A stretch of DNA of 64,000 nucleotides, taken from the NCBI GenBank assembly GCA_913031595.1, contig CAJWCP010000001.1, forward strand, positions 4,782-68,781. The letters are read 5' to 3'. Positions 47,229-57,096 of this stretch are shown in pieces. Each line of letters starts with the position of its first letter. Positions within the stretch are counted from its first letter, which is position 1. This stretch comes from an uncultured Flavobacteriales bacterium (GTDB lineage: Bacteria; Bacteroidota; Bacteroidia; Flavobacteriales; BACL11). Below the pieces are notes generated by a model. It saw only the letters and a program-made list of their open reading frames with translations. It did not search any database and was not told the origin of the DNA. The position numbers were made by a program, and so were the translations under genes.

Positions 47229-48107
47229 ATGAGTGTATTAGTTGATAAAAATTCAAAAGTTATTATTCAAGGATTTACCGGAAGTGAAGGTACATTTCAT
47301 GCTCAACAGATGATAGAATATGGGACTAATGTAGTAGGGGGTGTGACTCCAGGAAAAGGAGGTCAAATACATCTAGATAAACCTGTATTTAATACTGTTA
47401 ATGATGCAATAGAAAAAGTTGGGGCAAACACATCTTTGATTTTTGTTCCTCCGGCATTTGCAAGTGATGCAATAATGGAAGCAGCTGAAGCTGGAATTAA
47501 GGTAATTATTTGTATTACTGAAGGTATACCTACTAAAGATATGATTATCGTAAAAGAGTATTTGTCATCTAGAGATTGTACTTTAGTTGGTCCTAATTGT
47601 CCTGGTGTTATTACACCTGGAGAAGCAAAGTGTGGTATTATGCCTGGTTTTGTTTTTAAGAAAGGTAGAATAGGTTTAGTTTCAAAATCTGGCACATTAA
47701 CTTATGAAGCAGCTGATCAAGTAGTGAAAGCAGGTATGGGTATTTCTACTGCTATAGGTATAGGAGGAGATCCTATTATTGGAACAACTACAAAAGAAGC
47801 TGTTCAGCTTTTTATGTCTGATCCAGATACAGATGGTATAATTATGATTGGTGAGATTGGAGGTCAGTTAGAAGCTGATGCAGCTAAATGGATTAAAGAA
47901 AATGGAACTAAGCCTGTAGTTGGTTTTATTGCGGGACAAACTGCTCCTGCTGGTAGAACGATGGGTCATGCTGGCGCTATTGTAGGAGGGAAGGATGACA
48001 CAGCTGCTGCTAAGATGGCTATTTTACGTGAGTGTGGTATTAAGGTTGCTGATTCTCCAGCTGATATAGGTATTCTTATGGCAGAGTTAATGCAAGTTAA
48101 CGTATAA
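47229..48107 (+). CDS. sucD: Succinate--CoA ligase subunit alpha
   Basis: 292 aa, with [19 protein letters not shown] and MGHAGAI (catalytic His) motifs. Confidence 0.95.
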   Translation: MSVLVDKNSKVIIQGFTGSEGTFHAQQMIEYGTNVVGGVTPGKGGQIHLDKPVFNTVNDAIEKVGANTSLIFVPPAFASDAIMEAAEAGIKVIICITEGIPTKDMIIVKEYLSSRDCTLVGPNCPGVITPGEAKCGIMPGFVFKKGRIGLVSKSGTLTYEAADQVVKAGMGISTAIGIGGDPIIGTTTKEAVQLFMSDPDTDGIIMIGEIGGQLEADAAKWIKENGTKPVVGFIAGQTAPAGRTMGHAGAIVGGKDDTAAAKMAILRECGIKVADSPADIGILMAELMQVNV

Positions 48108-48130
48108 ATTAACCATTTTTTTTCTTCTGA

Positions 48131-50179
48131 TTAATATAATAAAATCTCTTCTATTTTTTTACTAACTTTTTCTGCATTTGGCAGCATAGTTTTTTCTAAT
48201 ACAGAGTTTAAAGGAATTGCAGGTAAGTTTTCAGATCCTATTACAAAAACTGGACTATCTAATTGCTCAAAACAGTTTTCTTGAATATCTCCAGCTAGTG
48301 CTTGAGCGAAGGAACTGTGATAAGATTCTTCTGTTATAATTAAACATTTTCCATGTTTATTAACTGTCTTGTATATTAACTCTTTGTCTAATGGGTATAG
48401 AGTTCTTAGATCAATGATCTCTACTTTTCCTTGATGATCCTTTGCAGCATTAATAGCCCAATGTACTCCCATACCGTATGTAATAATACATATAGTATTT
48501 TCATAACCTTCACTTTGTATTATGCTTTTTCCTTTTCCAAAAGGAATAATATAATCTTCTGAAGGTTCTATTGTTTTTGCATTTTCAGTTCCTTTTATTT
48601 TACTCCAATATAATCCTTTATGCTCTAGCATAACAACAGGGTTTGGATCATAATATGCAGATTTCATTAATCCTTTTAGATCAGCTCCATTTGACGGATA
48701 TGCTATTTTAATACCTTTAATTTGTGCTAAAACTGATTCTATAGATGATGAATGATAAGGACCTCCACTACCATATGCTCCAATAGGAACTCTTATGATA
48801 CAACTTACAGGCCACTTTCCATTTGATAAATAATTTGAACGACTTACTTCTGTAAAAAGTTGATTAAGTCCTGGCCATATATAATCTGCAAATTGTACTT
48901 CTACAATTGGTTTTAGACCTACTGCTGACATACCTACTGTACTCCCAATAATAAATGCTTCTTGTATAGGAGTATTAAAAACTCTATTATCTCCAAAAGT
49001 TTGTGCTAATGTTGCGGTTTCACGAAATACACCTCCTAAACGTTTTCCAACATCTTGACCATATAATAAACATTCAGGGTGTTTTTTCATTAATTCTTTG
49101 ATTGCAAACAGTGCTGAATCTACCATGACAGTAGCTTCTTTATTTTTTGGAGATCTCTCTCCTTTTTCTTCTGTGATATCAGTAGGAGAGAAGTCATGTA
49201 AGAATAAATCTTCAGGAGATGGCTCTTCTGCTTTACAAGCTTTTGTGTAATGTGAAATGACGTTCTCTTTAGCTTCTTTTTCTATATCTAATAATTCTTT
49301 TTTTGTAAAATTATTTTTTAATAATTCTTTTTTTAGTTTCGGGAAAGGATCTTTTCTTTTAGCTTCTTTTAAGTCATCTCGATACCACTCCATCCTTACT
49401 CCAGAGGTATGATGGTTTAATAAGGGAACTTTCGCATGTATTAAAATTGGAATTCTTTTTGCTCTAATTTCTTTGAATGCTTTACTAATAGTATTATATG
49501 ATGTAGTAAAATCTGTTCCATCAATAGAGTATGTTTTTAATCCGAATCCTTTTGCGTAATGATTTGCATCTACAGCTCTTGTTTCAGATGCATGTGCTGA
49601 TATGTCCCATTCATTATCTTGTACTAAATATAGGATAGGTAGTTGTTTTAAAGCAGCCATTTGAAAAGCTTCGGCAACCTCTCCTTCAGTAATTGCTGCA
49701 TCTCCAAAAGAACAAACCACTACAGGTTCTTCTCCTTTTTTAGGTGTTGTTATTTTTTCACTTTCTTTATATTTGATTCCCATTGCAACTCCTGTTGTAG
49801 GTATTGCTTGCATTCCTGTTGCAGATGATTGATGTGGTATTTTTGGGAATCCTTTTCTTTTTAAAGAAGGGTGTGAGTAGTAAGTTCTACCTCCAGAAAA
49901 TGGATCATCTTTTTTACACATGAGTTGCAGCATTAATTCATAGGGAGTCATTCCAATTCCAAGTAAAAGAGAGTCGTCTCTATAATAAGGAGCAACCCAG
50001 TCATTTTCAGTTAATTGAAGGCCTAAAGCTAATTGGATTGCTTCGTGTCCTTTTGATGTTGCATGTACATATTTTGAAGTTACGGCTGCATTTTCTTCAT
50101 ATATATCACTCATTTCCCGTGCAGTACACATTAATGAATAAGCTTTTTTTAAGATCTTTTTTGACAGTTTACTACTCAT
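48131..50179 (-). CDS. Fused alpha/beta E1 component of a 2-oxoacid dehydrogenase (ThDP-dependent)
   Basis: 682 aa. The N-terminal half is E1-alpha-like (ThDP motif GDAAITEGE...N) and the C-terminal half is transketolase-like E1-beta. There is a TAATG overlap with the upstream enoyl-CoA hydratase gene. Confidence 0.8.
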   Translation of the reverse strand: MSSKLSKKILKKAYSLMCTAREMSDIYEENAAVTSKYVHATSKGHEAIQLALGLQLTENDWVAPYYRDDSLLLGIGMTPYELMLQLMCKKDDPFSGGRTYYSHPSLKRKGFPKIPHQSSATGMQAIPTTGVAMGIKYKESEKITTPKKGEEPVVVCSFGDAAITEGEVAEAFQMAALKQLPILYLVQDNEWDISAHASETRAVDANHYAKGFGLKTYSIDGTDFTTSYNTISKAFKEIRAKRIPILIHAKVPLLNHHTSGVRMEWYRDDLKEAKRKDPFPKLKKELLKNNFTKKELLDIEKEAKENVISHYTKACKAEEPSPEDLFLHDFSPTDITEEKGERSPKNKEATVMVDSALFAIKELMKKHPECLLYGQDVGKRLGGVFRETATLAQTFGDNRVFNTPIQEAFIIGSTVGMSAVGLKPIVEVQFADYIWPGLNQLFTEVSRSNYLSNGKWPVSCIIRVPIGAYGSGGPYHSSSIESVLAQIKGIKIAYPSNGADLKGLMKSAYYDPNPVVMLEHKGLYWSKIKGTENAKTIEPSEDYIIPFGKGKSIIQSEGYENTICIITYGMGVHWAINAAKDHQGKVEIIDLRTLYPLDKELIYKTVNKHGKCLIITEESYHSSFAQALAGDIQENCFEQLDSPVFVIGSENLPAIPLNSVLEKTMLPNAEKVSKKIEEILLY

Positions 50180-50934
50180 TATTTGTTTTTAAACTTTGCA
50201 ATAGCATTTTTTGTAAATTCCGAGAGTACTAATTGCCCACTGTTTTTAGCTCTTTCCATTAAGAGTTGATCCCAGTTCTCAGTTCCTTTCCAAAGGATTT
50301 TCTTTAATTCTTGCATTGCTTCAGGATTTGAATTAGAAAGAGTGATAGCTAGTTTATTAACTTCTTGATCCATTTCTTCACTAGATTCAAATATTTCTAT
50401 ATATAGTCCTTTTTCTTTAGCCCAGTTTGCGTCAAACCATTTTGTAGCATTTATGGTCATAGCAGAAAAGGAAGAAACTCCTACTTTTCTCCTTACTGCT
50501 GGACCAACTACAAACGGTCCAATACCGATTGCTAATTCAGATAACTTGACTGAAGAAAATTTCGTAGCAAAGCAATAATCAGTAGCAGAAAGCATACCTA
50601 CACCACCTCCAACTGCTTTACCTTGTACACGTCCAATAATAAATTTAGGACATTTACGAGCTGCATTAATTACATTAGCAAAACCTAAAAAGAAATTTTT
50701 ACCATTTTCTGCGTCTTTAATAGAGGTTAATTCTTCGAAGGAGGCTCCTGCACAAAATGCTCTTTCTCCACCACTTTTTAATATAATTACTTTAATGTTT
50801 TCATCTTCTCCTGCTTTTGTAATTGTATTAGCTAATTGTGCTAAGATATTTGCTGGTAGAGAGTTAGATTGTGGATGAAAGAACTCAATTGTTCCAATAC
50901 CATTTTGTATATCTAATTTTACATATTCTTCCAT
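50179..50934 (-). CDS. Enoyl-CoA hydratase/isomerase (crotonase) family protein; PaaF candidate
   Basis: 251 aa with crotonase oxyanion region FCAGASFEE and GKAVGGGVGM. Confidence 0.75.
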   Translation of the reverse strand: MEEYVKLDIQNGIGTIEFFHPQSNSLPANILAQLANTITKAGEDENIKVIILKSGGERAFCAGASFEELTSIKDAENGKNFFLGFANVINAARKCPKFIIGRVQGKAVGGGVGMLSATDYCFATKFSSVKLSELAIGIGPFVVGPAVRRKVGVSSFSAMTINATKWFDANWAKEKGLYIEIFESSEEMDQEVNKLAITLSNSNPEAMQELKKILWKGTENWDQLLMERAKNSGQLVLSEFTKNAIAKFKNK

Positions 50935-50935
50935 A

Positions 50936-52564
50936 TTATTCTAGTATTATTTTTTTCTCTACTCTTCCATCTGTATAGATATAGAATAGAGGTGTATTTT
51001 TTTTAGGAGAGGTTTCTTTTCCAAGTACATTGGTAATTCTATACTCTTTACTATTAGAGTTGATTTCGTTTATATTTGTTGAGTTAATCATGGTTAAATC
51101 TAAGGTAATTATACTATCACAACCTTCTGAATTTGTTGTTGTAAAAGTATAAATCCCACTTTGTGTATATTCTATTCCATTCCAAGTATAATTATTGTAT
51201 CCAGTATCTGTAACAAGTGATGAACTTGAGTGTTTAATCCATAAGTCTAATATTATTGTGCTGTCACAACCACATTGATTAGGAAATGTATTTATATAAG
51301 TTCCAGATGTTGTGTAATTAGTTCCATTCCAAGAGTAAGAATCACATGTGTCTAATGTTATTGCTATAGTTGGTGTTGGATAACAGCAACTTCCATCATC
51401 AACATTAGCTGTAGAATCATAATTACATGCTAATAAGTCCATGCAACCTACGTTTTGAGATGCAAAGAACCAGTCAAATTTTTGTGCTCTATATAAGTTT
51501 CCTCCATCATCATATTCTAATTGAAAAACAATCTGGCCATTTGTATCTACTTCTGTTACAATGGATCCTATGTTTAACCATTGTAGATTGCCAAAGTCAA
51601 TTAGTGTATTACCATTTGGTAATCTCTGTACTCCGCTAATTGATGGAGTATATAAGGAATCAGGATGAACAAATTCCCATACTTTTTCTGCAGTCATTAA
51701 ATTAGTGTCAAGTTCATATTCTACAGCTCTTGAAAGTTTTACTCCAATATATGTATCACTATGATTACCATTATCATATAATAAATATCTATTATCACCT
51801 AAGCTTCTAATAGAGTGTTGATGTGTGAAAGGGTAGTCATTTATAAAGGTAAATTCATTTTGAGAACCTCCCCATCTCCAGATAACTTCTCCTGTTGTTC
51901 TATGTATTTTTGTGATTTCATCTAAACCTCTTGAAGAAATAATAAAGTGTCCATCAAAATCAATGTCTATTGCATTTGCATGAATAAAATTTAATTGCGA
52001 TCCTGTCCAAGGAGACAGATAAGTATTGTCTGTTACATGAAAATGATCCCAACTTTTCCATTCAAAGAGCAGGTTATGATTAGAATCTAATTCTTGAATA
52101 ATTAACCCTTCAACTATAGCATTGGGGTCTCCACCAGCAACTACTGTATCCATAGCATAAGGTTGTTCATCATATGCGATAAGCACATAATTTCCATTTG
52201 GTAATGCTAAAAAATCATGATTATCTGCAATATATCCATTTTGGCAGTAAACAGAATCAATTTCATTTTGTAAAGAATCCATAATAAACCATCCTTTACT
52301 AGATCTGTCAAAATAGGATAATTTATTATTATAATTAACCTTAAAGTCCCATCCTTTCATTCCCCAATTTTGAGAAAATATTTCTGTTCCTGTTGAGTCT
52401 ATTATTTTAACAGGTCTTGGAGCAGTTCCTCCTCTTTGAAAGAAAAGATTTGCATCCCAAGCTTGATTTGTATTAACCGTTATTGTATAGTTAGGTTGTT
52501 GAGGTTGTGTAAAAGAAAGTGTTGGGATAATTATAAGAAATAGTAATATTTTTTTTATCATCAT
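50936..52564 (-). CDS. Secreted arylsulfotransferase (ASST)-like beta-propeller protein with Cys modules and short C-terminal tag
   Basis: 542 aa with a signal peptide. ASST-family-like motifs are NHDFLALPNGN, FIHANAIDIDFDGHFIISSRGLDEITKI...GEVIWRWGG and HQHSIRSLGDNRYLLYDNGN. It then has GCMDLLACNYDSTANVDDGSCCY, two WNG...SG.Y...GCDS modules and the C-terminus TNVLGKE...PLFYIYTDGRVEKKIILE. Confidence 0.6.
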   Translation of the reverse strand: MMIKKILLFLIIIPTLSFTQPQQPNYTITVNTNQAWDANLFFQRGGTAPRPVKIIDSTGTEIFSQNWGMKGWDFKVNYNNKLSYFDRSSKGWFIMDSLQNEIDSVYCQNGYIADNHDFLALPNGNYVLIAYDEQPYAMDTVVAGGDPNAIVEGLIIQELDSNHNLLFEWKSWDHFHVTDNTYLSPWTGSQLNFIHANAIDIDFDGHFIISSRGLDEITKIHRTTGEVIWRWGGSQNEFTFINDYPFTHQHSIRSLGDNRYLLYDNGNHSDTYIGVKLSRAVEYELDTNLMTAEKVWEFVHPDSLYTPSISGVQRLPNGNTLIDFGNLQWLNIGSIVTEVDTNGQIVFQLEYDDGGNLYRAQKFDWFFASQNVGCMDLLACNYDSTANVDDGSCCYPTPTIAITLDTCDSYSWNGTNYTTSGTYINTFPNQCGCDSTIILDLWIKHSSSSLVTDTGYNNYTWNGIEYTQSGIYTFTTTNSEGCDSIITLDLTMINSTNINEINSNSKEYRITNVLGKETSPKKNTPLFYIYTDGRVEKKIILE

Positions 52565-52572
52565 TTTAAAAT

Positions 52573-54621
52573 TTAAGATTGGTCTTTTTTTCTTACCATA
52601 GTTAATATAGTTGCTAACATCACTGTTTCATTCTCGTCGTCATATACATCTACTAAGAATTTTACAATACCTTTTGCTATATCTTCTTCATCTTTTTTTT
52701 CTTGAGTGATTTTTTCTTTTGCTGTAAACCGTACACCAATTGTCATTCCAGGATAAACAGGTTTTGTAAATCTACACTCATCAATACCATAATTTAAAAG
52801 TACAGGTCCTTTTTCAGGATCTACAAAAAGACCTGCAGCTTTACTCATTATAAAATAACCATGCGCTACTCTTTCTGTAAAGATTGTTCCATCTAACGAA
52901 TTTTCATCCATATGGGCATAGAATTTGTCTCCGCTTAGATCTGCAAAGTTTTCAATATCATCTAGTGTAACAGTATGTTTTTTTGTGATAACTGTATCAC
53001 CAATCTGTATTTCTTCAAAGTGTTTGCGGAAAACATGAGGTCCTTCTGTATTTTGCTCTCCACCTACTTGGTATTGTTTGGTGAGCGCTGTAATTGTTGT
53101 TGGGTGTCCTTGTATGGCTGTTCTTTGTAGATAATGTTTAATGCCTCTTATTCCTCCCATCTCTTCTCCACCACCTGCTCTTCCAGGACCTCCATGTGTT
53201 AGTAGAGGCATAGGAGAGCCATGACCAGTACTTTCTTTAGCACATGCCTCATTAAGAACTAATATTCTACCATGCATAGAAGCAGCTCCTATTACAAATT
53301 CTTCTGCAATTTTCATATCATTTGTTATAATAGAGCATACTAATGACCCTTTTCCCATTTTCGCAAGTTTGATAGCCTCATTAATATCTTTATAAGGTAA
53401 TATAGTAGATATAGGTCCAAAAGCTTCTATGTTATGACAATCTGTATTTTTAAAAGGATAATTGTTTAGAAATAGAATTGGTGAGATAAAGGCTCCTTTA
53501 TCTTTATCAGCTCCTAATACTTCAAAATTATCTAGATCTCCAAACACTATATCTTGAGATTTTGCTAACTGGTGAACTTTTTCTGTTACCTCTTTCTTTT
53601 GTTCTTTTCCTGCAAGGCTTCCCATTCTTACTCCTTCAATAGTAGGATCTCCAATAACAGTTTTTGAGAGTCTTTTTCCAAGTGCTATTTGCACATCTTC
53701 TACAAGTTTCTCAGGTACAATAATTCTTCTAACAGCAGTACATTTTTGACCCGCTTTTACTGTCATCTCTTTTTGCACTTCTTTTATAAATAATTCAAAT
53801 TCTGGTGTTCCTGGAACAGCATCTTCCCCAAGAACAGAGCAGTTTAGTGAATCTGCCTCCATATTAAATGGAACAGCCTCTTCTATTAATCTAGGGTGTG
53901 CTTTTAACATTTTTCCAGTATCTGCACTTCCTGTAAAAGTGACTACATCTTCAGATGTTACACTATCTAATATACCTCTTGCACTTCCGCATATAAGTTG
54001 TAAACTGCCTTCCGGTATAATTTTAGATTCTATTATTTCACGAACCATGTATTCTGTAAGATATGATGTTAGTGTTGCTGGTTTTACAATTGCTGGCATT
54101 CCTGCCATTAAGTTTACTGCTATTTTTTCTAGCATACCCCATATTGGGAAATTGAATGCATTAATATGAATAGCCACTCCTTCTTTTGGAACCATTATAT
54201 GGTGTCCAATAAATGTTCCGTTTTTAGAAAGAGGAACAGCATTTTCTTCTACGTGGTATGGTAGGTCTGGGAATTGTCTTCTAAGAGATGCATTTGTAAA
54301 TAAATTGCCTATTCCTCCTTCAATATCTATCCAGCTATCAATCTTTGTTGCTCCTGTTTGAAAACTTATAGGATAAAATTTATTTTTTATTGAGTGTAAA
54401 TGAAGAGCAAGTTTCTTTAACATTAATCCTCTTTCTTGGAACGTCATTTTTCTAAGTGCGGGACCACCTACTTTCCTTGCATAATTCATCATTTCTGAGA
54501 AATCTAAACCTTTTGATGTGGCTGTTCCTATTTGCTCTCCTGTTATAGCATTGAAAAGGGGAGTCCCTTCTCCATCTCCTTTAATCCAATTTCCTAAAGC
54601 GTAGTTTTCGTAATTTCTCAT
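52573..54621 (-). CDS. paaZ: Bifunctional PaaZ (oxepin-CoA hydrolase / 3-oxo-5,6-dehydrosuberyl-CoA semialdehyde dehydrogenase)
   Basis: 682 aa with an N-terminal aldehyde dehydrogenase domain (catalytic Cys region GQKCTAV) and a C-terminal MaoC-like hydratase domain. The length matches E. coli PaaZ. Confidence 0.85.
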   Translation of the reverse strand: MRNYENYALGNWIKGDGEGTPLFNAITGEQIGTATSKGLDFSEMMNYARKVGGPALRKMTFQERGLMLKKLALHLHSIKNKFYPISFQTGATKIDSWIDIEGGIGNLFTNASLRRQFPDLPYHVEENAVPLSKNGTFIGHHIMVPKEGVAIHINAFNFPIWGMLEKIAVNLMAGMPAIVKPATLTSYLTEYMVREIIESKIIPEGSLQLICGSARGILDSVTSEDVVTFTGSADTGKMLKAHPRLIEEAVPFNMEADSLNCSVLGEDAVPGTPEFELFIKEVQKEMTVKAGQKCTAVRRIIVPEKLVEDVQIALGKRLSKTVIGDPTIEGVRMGSLAGKEQKKEVTEKVHQLAKSQDIVFGDLDNFEVLGADKDKGAFISPILFLNNYPFKNTDCHNIEAFGPISTILPYKDINEAIKLAKMGKGSLVCSIITNDMKIAEEFVIGAASMHGRILVLNEACAKESTGHGSPMPLLTHGGPGRAGGGEEMGGIRGIKHYLQRTAIQGHPTTITALTKQYQVGGEQNTEGPHVFRKHFEEIQIGDTVITKKHTVTLDDIENFADLSGDKFYAHMDENSLDGTIFTERVAHGYFIMSKAAGLFVDPEKGPVLLNYGIDECRFTKPVYPGMTIGVRFTAKEKITQEKKDEEDIAKGIVKFLVDVYDDENETVMLATILTMVRKKDQS

Positions 54622-54644
54622 TTGTATAACTCTTCTTTGTTAAT

Positions 54645-55205
54645 TTATTGACAAGTTAAATTGTTTTGGTTTGATTTAATATACACAGGGTTTTTCCATC
54701 CAAAAACATTATACATAATTGAATCATTAAAATAAACATCCGTAACAAAAGATATTTGATTATCTGATATAATTGTGAATTTATTTAACACTTTATTCCA
54801 TAGAACTGGTTCTTGCAAAGATATGTATTCAATCCATAGGTCATTTTCCGTGTTTTTTACAATTTCATAATGCATTCCATCTATATCAGTAGTCCCTCCT
54901 TCATTAAACCATAAGCAGAACCAGTCGTTAGAATTGTTAGACATATTTGTTCTTCCTAACATGAAATTATTACCTGAGTAGAATCCTATTTGTTCCCAAT
55001 TTAAATATCCATAACCATCATCATTACATTGTGCTACTTCAGAATCCCAATTATCTTGATATAACCAAACCGAACCATCTTGTTGTTCTAAGAAGGTTGT
55101 TGCTCCATTATTATTTGTCGGTGTATTTTCTTCTTTTTCACAAGAGATAAACAATAAAGGTAAATAAACTATAGCTAGTAGCTTCGTTATTGTGTTTTTT
55201 TCCAT
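54645..55205 (-). CDS. Hypothetical lipoprotein embedded in the paa operon
   Basis: 186 aa with lipobox LFISC. Its start overlaps the paaY 3' end by 19 nt. No family recognised. Confidence 0.5.
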   Translation of the reverse strand: MEKNTITKLLAIVYLPLLFISCEKEENTPTNNNGATTFLEQQDGSVWLYQDNWDSEVAQCNDDGYGYLNWEQIGFYSGNNFMLGRTNMSNNSNDWFCLWFNEGGTTDIDGMHYEIVKNTENDLWIEYISLQEPVLWNKVLNKFTIISDNQISFVTDVYFNDSIMYNVFGWKNPVYIKSNQNNLTCQ

Positions 55206-55780
55206 GTGTCAAAAGTTATTTTTTGTTTTGCCTTTCTATTTTTTTCAATTTCAGATAAAGGAGAACATTCTCTCATTAATTCTTTGCATTCTTTTGGAAG
55301 CTGTTGATACAATTCTGTTCCTTTAGTTTTCCATTTAATCATCTCATCTGACACATCTCCTTTTATTTGTGCAGGATTTCCTACAACAATTTTCCTATTA
55401 GGTATTTGCATTTCACCCTTTACAAAACATAGAGCCCCAATAATACATTCACTACCAACATTTACATCATCCATAATTACAGCATTCATGCCTATCATAC
55501 TATTTTTTCCAATATTAGCTCCATGGATAATTGCACCATGGCCAATATGAGCATTCTCTTCTAGTATAACATCTTTACCTGGAAAGATATGAATAATACA
55601 ATTATCTTGAACATTACACCCGTCTTTAATTATAATTTGTCCCCAATCTCCTCTAAGTGATGCTCCAGGTCCAATATATACATTCTTACCAATAATTACA
55701 TTACCAATGATAGTAGCTTCTTTATGTACAAAAGAACTAGAATCTATTACAGGCTTATATCCATTAAATTCGTAAATCAT
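55187..55780 (-). CDS. paaY: PaaY-like hexapeptide-repeat protein (gamma-carbonic-anhydrase family)
   Basis: 197 aa with a left-handed beta-helix and His ligands (HIGHGAIIHG). Located in the paa operon. Confidence 0.75.
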   Translation of the reverse strand: MIYEFNGYKPVIDSSSFVHKEATIIGNVIIGKNVYIGPGASLRGDWGQIIIKDGCNVQDNCIIHIFPGKDVILEENAHIGHGAIIHGANIGKNSMIGMNAVIMDDVNVGSECIIGALCFVKGEMQIPNRKIVVGNPAQIKGDVSDEMIKWKTKGTELYQQLPKECKELMRECSPLSEIEKNRKAKQKITFDTWKKTQ

Positions 55781-56979
55781 ATTTTTTCAATTATTGTAGC
55801 ATATCCTTGTCCTACACCAATACACATGGTAACTAAGGCATATTTTTTATTTTGTTTTTTTAGTTCTATAGCAGCAGTTTGTAAGATTCTTGTTCCGCTT
55901 ACTCCAAGAGGATGCCCTAATGCTATAGAACCTCCGTTTGGATTAATTCTTGGATCATCATCTTTTAATCCCCATTCTCTAATACAGGCTAAGGCTTGTG
56001 CAGAGAAAGCTTCATTTAATTCAATGATATCCATCTCCTCCATATTTAAACCTGCCTTTTCAAGAGCTTTATTAGAAGCCATAACAGGTCCAATACCCAT
56101 TATTCTCGGTTCAACACCTATAACAGCTGAACTTACAATTCTTGCAATAGGAGAGAGGTTGTTTTCTTTGACTCCTTTGTCAGAAGCTAAAAGCATTGCA
56201 GCTGCTCCATCATTTAATCCTGATGAGTTACCTGCAGTTACTGACCCTCCTTCTTTTTTAAATGCTGTTCTTAATTTACCTAATACCTCTAGTGATGTGT
56301 TAGGCTTTATAAATTCATCTTTATCAAATATGATAGGTTCTTTTTTTCTTTGAGATATTTCTACTGGAATGATTTCTTCAGCTAATCTTCCTGAATTTTG
56401 AGCGTTTGTTGCTTTCATCTGAGAGTTGTAAGCAAATAAATCTTGATCTTCACGAGAGATATTATATTTCTCTACTAGATTTTCTGCTGTATTTCCCATA
56501 GGATCTACTCCATATAATTCTTTAAGTCTAGGATTTATAAAACGCCAGCCGAAAGAGGAGTCATACATTTTTGCATTTCTTCCAAATGGTCGTAAAACTT
56601 TTGATATAACCCAAGGTCCTCTAGTCATACTTTCTACACCTCCAGCTATGAATAGATTTCCGTCTTCTGCACAGATAGCTCTGTGAGCATGTATAACTGA
56701 AGACATTCCTGATGAACATAGACGATTTATTGTTTCTCCAGGCACAGTAAATGGTAATCCTGCTAGTAATAGAGACATACGTGCTATATTACGATTATCT
56801 TCTCCAGCTTGATTTGCACAACCTAATATAACATCATCTATTTTGTTTGGATCAATTCCTGTTCTTTTTATTAATTCTTTGATTGGAATAGCACCAAGAT
56901 CGTCTGTGCGAACATCTTTTAGAGTTCCTCCAAAATTCCCTATAGGGGTTCTTATCGCATCTATTATATATGTACTCAT
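55777..56979 (-). CDS. paaJ: 3-oxoadipyl-CoA / 3-oxo-5,6-dehydrosuberyl-CoA thiolase
   Basis: 400 aa thiolase with active-site Cys region NRLCSSGMSS and C-terminal motifs NPNGGSIALGHPLG and CIGVGQG. Confidence 0.85.
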   Translation of the reverse strand: MSTYIIDAIRTPIGNFGGTLKDVRTDDLGAIPIKELIKRTGIDPNKIDDVILGCANQAGEDNRNIARMSLLLAGLPFTVPGETINRLCSSGMSSVIHAHRAICAEDGNLFIAGGVESMTRGPWVISKVLRPFGRNAKMYDSSFGWRFINPRLKELYGVDPMGNTAENLVEKYNISREDQDLFAYNSQMKATNAQNSGRLAEEIIPVEISQRKKEPIIFDKDEFIKPNTSLEVLGKLRTAFKKEGGSVTAGNSSGLNDGAAAMLLASDKGVKENNLSPIARIVSSAVIGVEPRIMGIGPVMASNKALEKAGLNMEEMDIIELNEAFSAQALACIREWGLKDDDPRINPNGGSIALGHPLGVSGTRILQTAAIELKKQNKKYALVTMCIGVGQGYATIIEKI

Positions 56980-56983
56980 TTTC

Positions 56984-57091
56984 TTACCACATTTCGGTTT
57001 TTATCTTCTTATTATTATTGCATTTTTTACTAGTAGTGCAAGCACCTAATAAGAATACTAAACATACTAATAGTATCATTGTTTTTTTCAT
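56984..57091 (-). CDS. Putative 35-aa mini-lipoprotein (below the ORF-track cutoff)
   Basis: MKKTMILLVCLVFLLGACTTSKKCNNNKKIKTEMW with lipobox LLGAC. It fills the paaI-paaJ gap, leaving 5-nt and 4-nt spacers. Confidence 0.3.
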   Translation of the reverse strand: MKKTMILLVCLVFLLGACTTSKKCNNNKKIKTEMW

Positions 57092-57096
57092 TTTTT

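Noticed and set aside
55724-56353. A 209-aa ORF on the plus strand.
   Set aside because: It is antisense to the paaJ thiolase. It has no recognisable motifs and is a shadow ORF.
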